The notes below the pieces were generated by a model, which did not search any database, was not told the origin of the DNA, and was given only the letters and a program-made list of their open reading frames with translations. Position numbers and translations under genes: made by a program. This document shows, piece after piece, positions 25,160 through 40,092 of a stretch of 64,000 nt of DNA. Position 1 is the first letter of the stretch; every line of letters begins with the position of its first letter. The stretch is from Paraphysomonas bandaiensis (taxonomy: Eukaryota; Protista; Chrysophyceae): the NCBI GenBank assembly GCA_965644295.1, contig CBFFRP010000367.1, forward strand, positions 1 to 64,000, read 5' to 3'.

Positions 25160-28100
25160 CTAATTAGTGGTACAAAGCAGCGCAACACCACGAAGAATCC
25201 AGTGTAGAGGTCGTCGGTCCCTCGATGGAAGATGTGCGATGAATATAAGATATTTGTCAGTTCGCACTGGGTACTTGTATACTGGGCAGTCATATCCCCC
25301 ATACGGGCCATAGTCCCCTGTCATTGACTTCTTCGTCGCTTTGGTTACAGCAGAGACGAGCATTATTGGAAGTGCTGCAAATAGTTTCTTCGGCATACTC
25401 TCAGTGATAGAGTTTTCTTTACTGCTCCAAGCTGCCCCGTCCATATATAGTCCATTGACATATACTCCCTCCTGCATATCGAAATAAGTACAATGCAACT
25501 CCAACAATAAACAGATGTTACCTTCGGTGGAGCCCTGACTGCATCTGCACTATCTATATCTGTCACTTCCGCATGGAGCACAACTGAATCAAGAGCCCAA
25601 TTTTCATGTTTATGCGCCCTTGTGATTTCTTGCTGTACAGCAGTCATAAACCCTTGTGGGTTAAAGAACCCCGTGATCCAAAACGAATGAGGGCGTCCAC
25701 TTTTCAGCCAGCCGCGATATTGCTCGTCTCGCATCAACAAGCTTCCATACCAGATGCCCAGGTTCGGAGCTAGCCACGACAATTCGTCTCCCGCAGGGCT
25801 GTAAGAACTATATTATCAAGTGGAAAAAATAAGCAAGAAAAGTTACCTGTAGAGCCAAAGTTTAGGGACCCTCGCATCGAACACAGCATTGATTGAATCC
25901 ATGATTTCTGAAGTAACGACAACTTCTCCTTTGATTGCTTGCATCACAACAACAAGGGTATTACGGACTTTTTCAATGGCCATTTGAAGACGCTGCACCT
26001 CTTGAAACAAAAAGATATTGAGTGGTACCTCATATCCGCCCATACCCGCAATGGCCTCTTCGTATTGGTCCTCAATATAGTCAGCAGGAATTATACCCAT
26101 AAGCTCGTCACATTTCGCAAGTACCACTTCTTCACGAGTTTTCCCCCCACTTACAGCTCCAGATTGTTTGGGTTGCGTTTCGAGGATCGTATCAAGCAAC
26201 TGGTTAACTTCTTTGAAGCGGAATGTTAGGTCGGCATTGGGATGGAGGCCAAGCACTTCTGGAGGATCAGCCTCAGGGAACTTTTGAATATAACTAAAGT
26301 AATCGTCAATTTCCTGGTAATCCGATATTTTGTATGTGAAGTTATTCGGCATTCTGCTGAGAGGATTTTCCGGGTTGAAAGAAAAGTTTGGTGTCAAAGT
26401 CACTGGCGACAACCATGCTTCCGTGTATGCAACAAAGAGTCGTCTGTCCAAATCATCAGTAATTCTACCGCCGTACTGAACTTCGCCAACCATATACTGT
26501 AAGGTTGACCATGATAATGTCGTGTGCTCGAGGTGTTTCTCCAAGAAGGTTATAGTGGCATTAAGATCCCCGTCATTGAATTCATAAGGAACGCACCAAC
26601 CTAATGGACCGAACTTTCGTCTCTCTTGCACAACACTATGCGTAAAGCACAAGGCGAAAAGCAAAACGCGCCAGGTAGGTGTCTCAATTCTGTCGATGCG
26701 ATCCTGATCGATTATAACAGTGTAAGAGCGCTGTAGGCCAGCTTTCAGACCCTTTGGTGGTTCATTGGTGACTTTAGTTGACATTTGAAGCAGACCAATT
26801 GGAAACTGAGGATGTGGGTCAGTGGTGAGAAATAAACGGAAGTCTACACTGCAACCACTATCTGGCGATTTTAATTTGACCAAAAGATCTTCAAGAGTAA
26901 CCATAAAATCCAACCCAAGGTGACAGTTTTGTAGCAGTACCCAAGAACCGACAGATGTTGCCTGAGTAATTGCCTTTTGCGCAACAACATCTTGACCCTC
27001 ACCCATACTTACACACTCAACACCTCGTCGCTTTCTCCTCGCTAATGTCTCAATAGAATCCGTAGGGTCCGCACCTGCGGAGAGAAGGAAAATAATAGGC
27101 GTGTAATAATCCATTTCTTTCAGTAAAGAGTCCGCGGTATCAGCCACAGGTTCCACATATCGCACACCCATGACCGGCTGTTTCGCGCCGTTTACTTCAA
27201 TGAAGTCTGCTTTTCTTATGAAATCATTGACAGCAAGAAGAGTGCGGTCCTCACGCAGACAGCGAACAACAAGAAGACGATTGAAATTCCCGATAATCTC
27301 TTCTTCGTTCGCAATCTGCGACTCCATACCAGGGAGTGGACTCTTCTCAGGCTCATTTTCATTGTACCAACCCGACCACGCATTTTCTGAGCGTTCTAAG
27401 TCTTCAGCCAGAGTACTGAACTGTGGCATCGTTATAGCAAGCTGGTGTACATTAAGCCAAGCTTCATTACTCGCCCACGATACTGTTTTCGAAGGAACTT
27501 GGTTTATATTTAACGCCCCCCCACCCCGCAAGAAAAGTGACACGCACTTAGGATCCAACTTGCCCGCTGTGAGGAGAAGTTTGAATAAAATTATGAGCTT
27601 GAAACTAGTTTTATCCCGTTCATAAAGACCGCGATTGATGTAACGATACACAACATAAGTCATCGACTCAATTATGTTTGTGACGCGCTTACTTGGAAGG
27701 GATGCTTTCTCGGCGATATCCATAGATTTATCAAACTGCATTTGAAATTGATCCAAACTTGTCTGATACATACAGTTCACATTCGACATGTCAACAATAG
27801 AAAAATAAAGAACACTCCCACGGGTGGCTACTGGACGGTACTGCTCACGCTTTTCGTTTATGTTTTTTCGCATATCGGCGGCAGCGTTGAGTTTTTCCTT
27901 TACATCTGTTGCTTTTGACTTTGTATCAGCTAAAACGACAATAAGTTCTTCATCGTCCAAAAGATTTCCAGTGTTTTCAGATAACCTTTCCAATAAAAGC
28001 TGATCTAGTTGAATTAATGCCTTCGTATTCCCAGTGACATCTTCTAAAACATTCTTCAGCATCTCCTCGAGAGAGCGCTGCTCTTTTTGGATGACCCTTC

Positions 28101-31100
28101 CAAGAAGCTGCTCCTCAAGCCCTTTCTGTGTAACAGTGAAATCTACAATTGTACACTTCGATTGATCTTCAGGGCTGAAATGGGGGTTTGCTAAGCGAGT
28201 ACACATGTACAGCATGAAATCATCCACGAAGTCACACATTTTTCCAGATATGGAAATATATTTTGCCTTCGCTTTCACAACAACTTGCTTCTCGAGAACA
28301 GACGTAATCATAGGATCCAACTCTTCTTCGACACCTGTGACAATACAAGCTTTTCCTTCTGCCATACAATATTCCAGATGCTCACGAAATCGAGGTTGAT
28401 TAAACGATGTAGTACCAAATGAAGGCATGCGTTGCTCTTCATGATTACATATCCAGTTAATTGCTTGGCCTTGAGGATCAATAAGTAATGGGTATCGTGA
28501 ACTCCTTGTTACTAATATACCGTTCTGAACGGATAAAGGGTCAGTGGGTAGGCCTTCCAAATTCCAGTCCCCAATAGTTCCTATGTCTACCAAAAAGCTG
28601 GTCAAATCTAAGGAGTGAGACATAGGAATCTGTCGGTCACGAAGATCAGCGAAAAGCCGAACTCCAACAAGGTAATCCCTAAAATCTTGGTTGAATGGGC
28701 CACAGTATGCAACAAAAGCACAAGCTCTGGCAACATCTCCAACCAACCGAGTTTTGATATTCGCAAACTCTTCGCTGTCATTATTCCAACGCTCTCGTTC
28801 TCCAGCTAATCCGCTAATAAGCGCTGTTGCCTGCTCCATTCTCTTCTTAGTGTTGGCAGCATTCTCTTCAATAGCTCTCTTCGTCGCAATTTGCTTGTCA
28901 AAGTCCGCTTGAAGCCCAGCAAGTACATCTTGACACGCTCGCAGCCTCATTTCAGCACGTCCCAAATCCCTTTCTGCATCTCTCAAACGAGCCTCCGCCA
29001 CACGGAGTGCTTCCAGCTTTGGTTTAACGATTTTAGAAGCTTCGTGATAGTCTGCCATCGCACGACACCAAGTGCACAATCCTTCTGCTGCGCGTGAGGC
29101 GTTTCGTGCAACTACTGCATTAAATTCATCCAGCTCCAAATACGGGGCCATCAGCTCAACAGTTTCATCATTGATGAAATCCTTTTCAAACTTCGAAAAA
29201 TGGAAAATACTCTGCAAAAATCTGGCGTCCGAAAGCATTCCCCCCATGGCGATCTTGTAGCTATCTTTCACAAAATTGAATGTACGTTTATCTTTGCCGA
29301 TCCCTAAGCTCACTTCTGCCATTTCAACTCGACCAAGCTTTTCCATTTTTAATACAGACACGCAATCAAAAATTAGCTTAATGATATCACTAGGCTTTCC
29401 CAACTTTTTGAGTTCGTTCAAATCATTTGGCTTAATGGACGTGGCCGCCCGTTCAGCTTCATCTAAGAACGGCTGAGCTTTAGCTAAATCTTCCTCACAC
29501 TCTCCTTTCTCACCAGAAATTCTCTCTGCATCTGCTTCACACGCCTCTTTTACTTTAGCCACGGCATCAGCTTCTTTTTTGGCTTCCATGGAGCTAACTT
29601 CCAACTTACTTAACATTTCATTGGTAGCTTCTTCGGCTACTTGGAGTTTAACCTCCTCTTCTGCCAGGACTATTTTCATTCGCTCCACATCTTTAGCACC
29701 AGATGCCAGCTTTTCAAGACCTATTTCAACTCTGCTTGCTTTGTTTACGATTTCCTGGCATTTAGTGGAGTACATACTCGAGTAGTCATTGAGAAAAGAA
29801 AGAAAAGATTTTGGAGTTTGGTACACATGCCGTCGCATCTTTTGAAAGTATTCTTCACAACTATCCATCACAATCTTGTGAGTGATTCCCATGTGAGTTA
29901 TAATTTCCTGCTTGACAGTATCCGTACAGTCTAAAGTCATTTCTTTTATATATCCTGTGCTTACGGCGACAAGAGCTTCAGCTGGCCATGCCAAGAACCA
30001 ATCGATTGTACATCCAGCTACAATTCCTGGGAACCTTCGTGCTCTCTCAGGAAACTTTGCGCTCACTGGAGACATGCACAGCGCCATGTGCAAATTACTT
30101 CGAACGCGGTCAATAAAAAACTTGACTAAGTTGTCCGGAGTGTCCTCAAAGTCAGGAATCTGCTTGATAGCAAGAGAGCGCAACTCAGCGGCCATCACAA
30201 TTAGTTCATCCTTAGGAAACAGATTTGGTACTTCTCCGGTCGTTAGAACTGAATTTATCACTTCAAGAAAGGACTCATCCTTAATTTCAGCTTCCGTGAA
30301 CAAAAATGTAGTCCTTTGTCCCTGTCCACCGCACGCCTTATACAGCATGCGTAAATCATCCAAAAGACTATTCATGTTGTATGACTTCGATATACTGATT
30401 TGAAATAACTCGTAATTGGAGCAATATGATGCCAGCTTAGTTAAGCTTTGCTTTCCACTTCCTCCAACACCAACGAAGAGAATACTCCCCTTTGGCATAC
30501 CCAAACAACGGGATATACGCATCAAGTGCTTCATCGCATCATCAAACAAAATCAAATTCATTTGTTTCGCCGGGTGCGCTTCGTTGTATCTGTGCAGAAA
30601 TGTTTGGACTCTCTCGCGCAACGACTCCAGGGGACCACCAAGTTCATACACGAGAGGGGCTTCAGCAACAAGAACGCCATCATCATCGTACTCATCATCA
30701 CGCAAGAAGTCCACAAAGTATTGAGGTTCAATCAAATCTTCATAAGTAAATTTCCCTTCATCTGATTCTGATGCAGTGGATAGATCAGCTGGAGGTCTAG
30801 TCTTCAATTGACTACTTCCCAGTCGCTTAGGTGGGCCTGACGACTTTGATCTAGACCTGGAGTCCGCCTGCGGCTTATCCATTGGGATATCAAGCAAATT
30901 CCTGGTACATTCATTTAGTTGATCCATGAAACGATTCTTATCCTGGATAGTTGTGAGCTTATCACAGAAAACTCTCTCGCACTCGTGCCTCCACAGCAGC
31001 AAAAATATCTTCGCATTTGGAACACTGGCACGAGGAGTTCGTAGTATGCCCTGGAACACACGACTGAGCTCTCGTAAATTGAAAAGGTAATGAAATTTGC

Positions 31101-34100
31101 TTGGCGAAGGAAGCATTTTCGCTCGCATCCATGTCCATAACTGAACAGATGTGTTCGGAAGGTGCTTTACAAAATGTGCAAAGTCATGCGGCACATTCAC
31201 AAATCTTCCCGCCAACATTTGACCATATATCTCATTGATCGCCTTGTGTGAAGGAAGATTCATGTTAAAAATAAAAAAGTGTCGCTTTAGTCGATTGGGA
31301 ATATCCTGTCGGCCACCACCAGGATGTCCCATTGCAGCAACATACATTAAATCTTCTATATGCTTCAAATCACCTCGTTTGTCTTTGTCCAAGAAACAGA
31401 ACCCTGAGGTTTCAACTAATTGTCGAACCAACTCAAGCGTTGGTTGATCTCCCCACATATTCTTTTCTGGCATACTCAAGTCGTCCATAAACACAGTCAT
31501 CGTCTTGCCACCAGGAGGGCCAAATGACTTTCCTCCACGCTTATCCAACTCTGATTCAAGGGTCTGCTGAAACATCGCAGGAGACGTCGCCGACGAAAAA
31601 CACACCTTTTTTACTTTAAAATCATCGCGCTCCCTTTGAATATCCGAGAAAAACATCAGTGCAGTTGATGTCTTCGCTGTTCCCCCACTACCAGTCATCA
31701 GTGAACTTCGCCCTTGCATATGCATTTGACGCAAAAGAAAACTCGCTCTCATTGTGTCAACAGTTGGTACCAACATGCTCGAAAAGTCCGGTTCTTCCAG
31801 CATTGTCGGATACGACCATACAGGAGCAGTCCACTTATCCCATTCCATCGAGTCCGGATTGACGCGGTAGTCAAAAAGATTTTCATCCTCACTCTGAAAA
31901 TTCGGTAATAAACTCCTATCTGACTCTGCCAAGGACATCAGATAATGACAGAATTTCGATCTATCTTCAACCTCCAGAAGACCACCAACGGACCAAGTAA
32001 CCGCATACAAAAAAAGTCGTTCAATTTCCTGGCGTAATTCCTCCGGACTAGTTGCAAGATCCGCGCCTGTTAAAAGGGCATCCAGTAAATCGCAACAGCC
32101 AGAAATAATGCCAACGCGCGATGCTTGCATCACTGGTTTACATACTTTCGTCATAAATTGAAATAGATGTCCATAGCTTTTAGGGCCCGAGCATGACCCC
32201 ACATATCTTAAGAAACATTCCTGGAATATTGGAGCCAAATTAGGGTTCTTATTTTTCAGCCATGATTGGAGCACCGGCTCCCAGTCAAGATCGCTGTCAG
32301 ACACAAATATGATACCAGCTCGAGACACTGTTGCAGGTGACGCATTTCGTAAGTCTTCCACTTCGAACATAAGCTTAACATTATCAGTCATCGGGATTCT
32401 GTCACCATTGGCTAGTGTCAAAATTTTATTGTCATCCAAAACAGTGTTCAAGTTCTCAATCCACAAAGCATCAACAGGGCCATCACAAATAATCCATTGA
32501 ATGTCTTTTCTGTTGCGATCATTGAACTTTGCCCACATTGTCGCAAAAATGCCATCTAACCATTCTCCAGATAATTTGTCAGTTTCGCCAAACATTTCTT
32601 CGGCCCTGATAGCCTTTGGATTCATACGCGAACGCTTGTGACTCACGCCAGTTGTAACAGAGAGTGAGTCCTGCAAGCATGATATAATTTTACTCTTGCC
32701 AGCACCGGCAGGGCCAACCATCATGATTCCATGTCGAACGAGAGTTGTCTCATACAGCTGAATAACCTTTATGCTCCACGAAGGGTGCAAAATCAAATTG
32801 GCACTTTCAACAGCATTTTGAAGGGCAACTTTCAGATCATTGTGTTGAACTCCAGTAGGAATGCCAAGTGCTGGAAAGAGGTCAGAAATTAGAGAAAGGA
32901 AAAGTGGAACGTCTTGTGCAACAAGTTTCGACAGATTCATATCTCTCAGGGTACTCATGAGAACTACTTCTTCTGGGTCTTTGGGTTTGTCACGCTTTGT
33001 TTGTCCAGCTGTACGTAGAACCGACAATATATTTCGCAAGCCAAAATCATAATGCTTCTGCTGCGACAGCTGTTGCTCACATAGATGATAAAGGACAGCA
33101 AATTTTCGGGCCAATTCAGAGAATCCTTGGTATCCGACGGAACACAACTTGACTTTTATAATGATTTCTTTGTCTGGGACCATCATTGCAACCCCTCTAA
33201 ATAATGCTTTTAGATTTTCCGGGAGCTCCTGCCTTCCCTGATATCCTGGGTTCATTGTGATAAAATACCCAACCTGATCATTGAGATAAATCTCTTGACT
33301 ATCGCCTGGAAAAGTAAAGCTATGTGAACCATTTCTTTTAGCGTTTGTAATTGCAAGAATCTGTTGGGCGACAACAGAAAGCACAGGTAACTCAATTCGA
33401 TTAAACTCATCAAAGCAGCCCCACAGGCCGGCTTGGCAGAGACCTTTAAAAATCCGAGCCATATCAGTGTATCGTTGTTGGTCTGTGCAGTTAGTTACAA
33501 CAACAAACACTCCAATTGCCCTCCCCAAGTCTTTGACTGTTTCCGTTTTGCCGGTACCTGCCGGACCTGCTGGGGCTCCACCAAGACACATGCCCATGGC
33601 TTGGGAAAGAGTTATGAAACATCTATCTGTCAGAGGAGTTATAACCAGCCTCTCTTTACACCCAAGATACTCGAACCCATATTTGTAGTCTACGTCACAT
33701 ATAGATATCACACACGCCCCATTTCCATGAATGTCAGAATTCTGGTTTTGCCATGAAAAGCGACATTGCTTCAGCCACTCAAAATCGTTGGCATCGCTTA
33801 GTTTTCTCTCTTTAAACATCTTTAGTAAGTCTGCAAATACATCTCTTTGATGAACCTGAATGGTAACCAGAGTTTCAACTTTGATTCGATTCATACGAGT
33901 GCCTAGATCTTCGAGGCACCAAGATGAGAGCTCTTGTAGAACAGACAATTGGACGCGGCTATTTTCCAACATGGCCGCTTTATTTTGCTTCGCCTTTGAC
34001 AATGCATCATGGCACTGCGCCGTCCAACTTAATTGTATTCCAAGTAATGCGAATTGCCCACATGTATCATTAACAAATGATCGTAGTTGCTTTGACATAC

Positions 34101-37100
34101 ATTCCATCGCGCAAATCTCACACAAGTTTTTCATTGAACGCTGCATTTCTGATTCAATTACACCGAGCCAATCTTCGATGTTACCCTGTGCTTTCACAGG
34201 TGTAGATAACTCAACCGTTTCCTTCGCCTGGCCGATAGACGATTGGAATTGAACGATAAGCGACCTGTCAGACTTGCTATGAGTAACCCTATCGATACTG
34301 TCAAACACCTTCTCGTAGTATGGCTGCATCTGCTGAGGATCAGAACCTTGACTCAGAATCAATAGCAATACTGGGTTGGAAACAAAATAAAACCGAGGAA
34401 ACTTTCCTCGCTTTTGCTCCAAGTACCCCTCTAGTGACTTCTGACATTTCTCAAGCTCACTGTACAACGCGGGTAAAGTGATTCTCAGAAGTTCATTGCT
34501 ACAACACTGCACCACTAGCTTGGTTTCAGATGCACGATGCATTAACTTTTCCCAGTCCTTGTTAATTTTAGCAAACTTCTTCGCTTCAATAGGCATTTGT
34601 TTCGCAATGTCCCCACCAAGAAACACACTCTCAAGAGAAGTCCATAACATTTGTACCTTAACCCACATTTCCAGTATATCGGCAGTATCAGATAGTTGTG
34701 TCAGGAAACGCTGAACTTCATCTTTAAATGGGGCTACGTGCCTGACACTCAGTAGAGTTTGCAACTGAAGTTGCGCTTCCTCGAGTTCTTCGATGACAAA
34801 TCCAAACGCTTTGAGAACGGGAACATCTCTATTCTTCCACACCGCAAATTCGAAACACGCTCCTTGCCAATGCTCTTTTAAATCAGTTACTTTCTTTTCA
34901 ATTTGTAGCTGCTTGTCTGCGCCGTCACAAACTTCTTCCACCGCATCTTTAATTTCAAGAATAGTTGATTGCCAAATGTGAGCTAGGCTGAACTCAGGAT
35001 CACTGTAGGGTATCTTCTTACTCATATAAGAATTAATTTCATCCCAGTGACGTGGCTTGATGGACGGTTTGCTCATTTCCGTCAGAAGAGGAGTGAGTGT
35101 TGCCAAGTCTGTGATGGTACCCCTCACTTCAGCGTACGCAGGCCACTCCCGTAGCCTTTTAGGTAGTTTCTTGCAGCGAGAATCGTAGCCGTTGGCTGTA
35201 TCTGCTATTATGGGTACATTATCAGCGACCTCATCCCAGGGTATTTTTTTCCATGCATTGACACTTGTCGTCACATCCACGTAAAGGCCATACAGCTGAT
35301 CCAGCAACTGAATCTCTTTACGAGTCTTAACAAGCTCATTGAACCTTGTTGGGCGTAAAGCAAATAGCTCTTCACCTGCCCTATAAGTATCCATCTTACG
35401 CTCACGGACACTCAGCTCGTCTTTGAACTTTTTCAAACGTTCGACACCAATAGCTGGCTGAATGTTGGGTTGCATCGGTCCATTGGTCTCAAAATCCTTC
35501 CGCATTCCCCTCACATCGATTGCAAATTCACGAATGTCCCATATAAGCTGCTTCTTGTACACACCTTGAATAGAGCTCAAATTGTCTGCTACAAACTCAG
35601 CATACTCTATTAGCTTTCGCCACGACACCCGTACAGTAGACTTCTGCTCAATTTCTTCTTTATCCACTACCCCTCCAGGAAGGTAATGTTCAAGCATTTG
35701 ATACATATCCAAAATTGGAGTAATCTCCATATCAATCGATGACTCTTTCTCACGGACCTCTTTCAAAACATTCATCACGTATCTGAGAGAATCCAATGAT
35801 TGTACATCGAGACTAAGCTTATTTGTTGTCACTCTCATGTACTCGAACAGGTTATACATACTCTCTTTTGCCTGTAAATGCACCTTGTTGGAATATAGAA
35901 CTTTCCATTGCCTTGACTCATTTCGCAGCTGCAACTTAAGATTGGAGGTGTTGAGCATCAGTGCTCCAATGCTAAATACAGGCGCAATATGTTCAATATC
36001 TTGCTCGACCGCCATGAATTTCTTTAACTCCTCTTCGAAATCACTGATAGAAGGCTTCTTAGAGATAAAGCGTTTGTACTCAACCTCTTTATCCTCCTTC
36101 CACAACCAGTCATATTTGCTGAATGTGGACAAGTAGTCATGAACTTGGTTTTTTGTTCCATGCATGGCGCCTGTCAACAGTAAAACTGTCTTTATTATCT
36201 CAATGTCACAGCCAAGGTACGAAAAAAAAGATTTTCTTTTATTCTCTGGCACTTGCTGTTGCCCCCACTGCCACATAGCTTTCGAACACCCTAGCACAGC
36301 GACAGCAGCTCTGTTGATAGCCTTCTGAATGTCATCCAGCGAAGGACTCAAGCGTACAGAGGGCGCCGAAAGCTGCACATCGACTTCAAAAAAGGGCTTC
36401 TGTACGTTGAAAATCCCTGTCCCTGTCCTAGAGCATGTACGCTTCTTGATGTGATCGAAAGAAGTACGTGTACAATTCAATAAAGCCTGGTACGTAAGAG
36501 ATATAAAGTGCTTCTCAACTTCTAATATTTCATCCTGGGATACGGGGGCAACGCTTGGGTCGATCGGAAGACTGCTCATCAGGGTAAACAGGTCTTGGAC
36601 AGCGTTCTCTACCTCTAGGTCTTTGCTCACCAAATAAACTGAATTCTGTCTTACAGCCGTTTCTTGCATTTGAACGAACTCGTCTAGAGTGAGGCTCTTG
36701 TCCTGAGGTAGCTTGACTAATATGGCTCTGCTTATAGATTTGAGATTTTTCTGAATTCGGTTCTCAACAATATCGTTAATCTTGGTAACCAAGTCCTCTA
36801 GCTTCGCGAGTCCTTCGTGAATATGGGCTTTGTAGCTATCTATGTTCATGGAAGTCCAAGTAAGTGTCGTCATTCCTGGTCTTAGCTTAAGCTCAAGGGT
36901 CTGTAGATGAGGCTCTAACATATTGCGGGTCACAGGAATAATTTTCATTGTAATACGCTCATACTCCGACAAAATATATTTGAGGTCATGATAGTAGTTC
37001 TTGAACTTATCTTCTTGCAGTAGCACCATCTTCCCTCCCTCTGGAATATCCACGTCTAGCTTCGCTAAACACTTGGCCTCCCGAATAAGTTGAAAGAGCT

Positions 37101-39199
37101 CCTGGTCGAAGTTCACGTAGAGTTTTCCGGTAGTTGGGTGTCGAATGATGAGAGTCGCATGAAGCCCTGCCTTCGCTTGTTCTATACTCGAGCACCAGGC
37201 TTCGTACCACAGATACTCGAAGGCAATTAGAGTCCTTGCAACCTTGTTATACGTACGAATGATTTTTTTTGATTCCTTAGGGGCTAGTACAGAAGGGTTA
37301 CCCTGAAATTTCTTCATTGGGTCCTCTATCTTTCGCAGCAAGTGTCTAGCCCAAGCGATGTTTCCGGCAACAGGAGGCATGTTGCGGGGAATGGGAGGGT
37401 TATGCTTCAGTTTCTCATACAGTTGTTCCACACGGGTCAGCTCCAAACCATAGTTGTGAAATATAACCGTGAGCTTTGAATCCAAATCTTTGCGCAGGTT
37501 CTCCCTATGTAGAATGGATTGATACTTTTTCAAGAGCGAAAGGGATTGCTCAATGCTGCTTATGTTCTCAAAGGAACGGTTGATGAAGTGTTGCAAGGAG
37601 GATTCCAATTCGTTCATCTTCACATTAAAATCAACGTAGTCTCTATCAAAACGATTGCTGTGGAAATCAAGCAAATCGTGTCCTTTAGAGCGAAACTGGC
37701 GTACTATCTCCGTAAAAGCAGTCAAAAGAGGCTCCAGCCCCTCGAACTTTTGTTGTGCCAAGCTCTTAAACTGCTGCATTGTTGAGAACATATCCATCAA
37801 CTTAATAAGACGACGGCAAAATAGATCAAATTTTCCAAATATCTGCGTTTCCGAGAAATCAAATTGACGGCCTTTCGGCATCATCATGAGCTTGTCCTTG
37901 GTGATACGATACTGGTCTTGATACTCCTCATTTAACTGTAGACAGTTCTCAATGACCTCAAGTACTACAGCCAAATCTCTGTCCCATAGACGATCGGGTG
38001 GGTCTTTTGCATTTATAGCGACTTTACATGTTGCAATCATTTGGTTAGTGATCTTCATGAACAACTTGGTCATTCTCTCCGTCGTGCTAAAGTACCTAGC
38101 AATTGTGTGGATCATCTTTATCGCATTCATTAGTGCTGGTAAGGTGTCGATAATAGCAGCGGGGTTGTTCCCATACAAGGGATCAAAGAATCGTTCAAGG
38201 GTAGAAAGGTATTTTACGTTATCCTTGGCTTCGTTGGCGGCTTCCGTGATGTGAATATCGATCTCACGCCACTGTGCAAGCAGAGACTGTGCCCGCTGGA
38301 CATCCACCATTGAACTAACCCCAGAAGATGAATCACCAGCGCCACGAACAACAACAGCAAGAAGTGAAAGGACTGACTTGACACCCTTACTCTTTAACTG
38401 CTCCGTGATGGATGTCAGTCTAAATGCACCACAGTATTATAAAACGCATTAGCATTTCACAATGACGTCTTTTCTCTTACCTCTGCATTCGACTACGCCA
38501 ATATTCCAGCTCTGTATCAGGACCAGAATCAGCGGTTTCCCAGCGGTTCCTATCACTATCTTCAAGGTAGTGCTCAATATTTCGGCACCAATCTTGTAGA
38601 AGGTTAATGCATCCTGTAACTAGCACTACATCGCTCGTTGCAGCGTTGCCCATCACCTCAACCCTTTCATCAGGCTTTCGAAGCTCTAACCCACCGCTCA
38701 AGCTTCTTATGCTTTCCTGTAGACCCTTACAAAACGAATCAATCCCCAGTAAAAACTCCTGCCTCTGTTCTTCTGAGGCCTGACCCCATGTGTCTTTTCC
38801 AAGATCTTGTATGAGTGGCCGATAAACACAGCGCATCACAGCCTCCAGTGACTCTATAGGGTTTCGTATTACACCAAAGCTAATCGCACCATCATTTGCT
38901 TTCGTCGGATCTACGGCAAAATGATTATCGTTATCTTTGCCGCGTTTGTTCTTCATGAAATACACCCCAGCAGCTTTCAACGTCTTGAAGTCCCTGGAAT
39001 AAACAGTTAGCCTTTCTCTTCCACTTTCATCTGAGTCAATTGTGATTAATATTTTAGTTGGGCCATCAGCTGAAAAAAAATATTTAATATCGCTCAAGAC
39101 TTCTGGGAGAAGCATCATTTGCTCAATGTCATTCTCATCTCGCTCGAATCCTTCAGCAAGTCTGCTGATTATGTAGCGATGTCGAGCTAAGATGGACAT
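25160..39199 (-). CDS. Axonemal dynein heavy chain, outer-arm gamma type (DNAH5/DNAH8/ODA2-like), 4626 aa
   Basis: Exons 39199-38481, 38419-25847, 25798-25522 and 25471-25160 total 13881 nt in frame. P-loops GPAGTGKT, GPAGAGKS, GSGGTAKT and GVGGSGKQ; CFDEFNR; WIENLNTVLDDNK; C-terminal HWILRGVALLC. GTAKT in AAA3 and the tail sequence fit the gamma class. Confidence 0.95.
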
Positions 39200-39670
39200 C
39201 TTCAAACAACCCCCCAATATCTAGTGAAGGTCTGTGAGCTTAATATGATAGTAATTATAAGTGGACTCAATAAGGTTACAGTGCTGTTCAAAGTCCACTT
39301 CCAGACTTCTAATATGGATCCATATACACATACATAACCCAACACATACACATCTCACCTGTCAGTTTCGCGGCCAACTCATCATAATTCAATGACTTTT
39401 TCAGTTTCATGTCCGCTGAATCTTTGCGTCATATCTACTACATCTTCATGCATGTATATATACAATGTATTCTTTGAGTGTATTATATGTGACATCTGTG
39501 TATGGGTCTGCTGCTCGTGAGTACTCGAGGTGGTAGTTAACACAGCGAGATGTAGACTATGCATATGATGACATCTACAGCCATACCATCACAAGCACAG
39601 GCTCTGTCCATCTCATTCGACAACTCTAAATATAGCCTGCTATTTGTCTTCGATTCGGCATCACCAAGCA

Positions 39671-40092
39671 ATGATTCGTGCTCAAAAACTGCCGGAAATT
39701 TTGCAGGGCGTCCTCGCTGACGGCATCTACGGGGCGGTGCTGATGACCTCAGAGGGAAGCGTTATAAGCTCCAAGTTCGCGGAAGGGCCAGCCTCTCCAC
39801 TATCTGAGACTGTACTAGCAGCTATCACGTCTAGCATATGGTCAAATTATTCTCAAGGTTGGTTCAGGTGTTTATGTTTCTTATGGTTAGGTTACCAAAT
39901 GACACCACAGGTAGCTCTGACGTGAATGTACTAATACAAAAAATGGAGGATGGTGTCATCGGGGTATCCACAACTCACCGTGGTTACATAGTAGCGATTG
40001 CAGGGGATAGGGATGCAGCAATTGGAATGGTCCGTGGTCGCCTTGAAGCTGTGTGCAACTACTTCTCTAGGGTGTTCGACCAGTTAAAGTAG
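39671..40092 (+). CDS. LAMTOR2: Ragulator complex protein LAMTOR2 (roadblock fold)
   Basis: MIRAQKLPEILQGV...AVLMTSEGSVIS...LAAITSSIWSNY...IGMVRGRLEAVCNYF parallels LAMTOR2. Intron 39858-39910 joins the two ORFs in frame. Confidence 0.8.

Noticed and set aside
25939-38254. Many plus-strand ORFs of 60-160 aa inside the dynein gene (likewise inside the ARM genes)
   Set aside because: They are antisense shadows of long coding sequences with no recognisable motifs.
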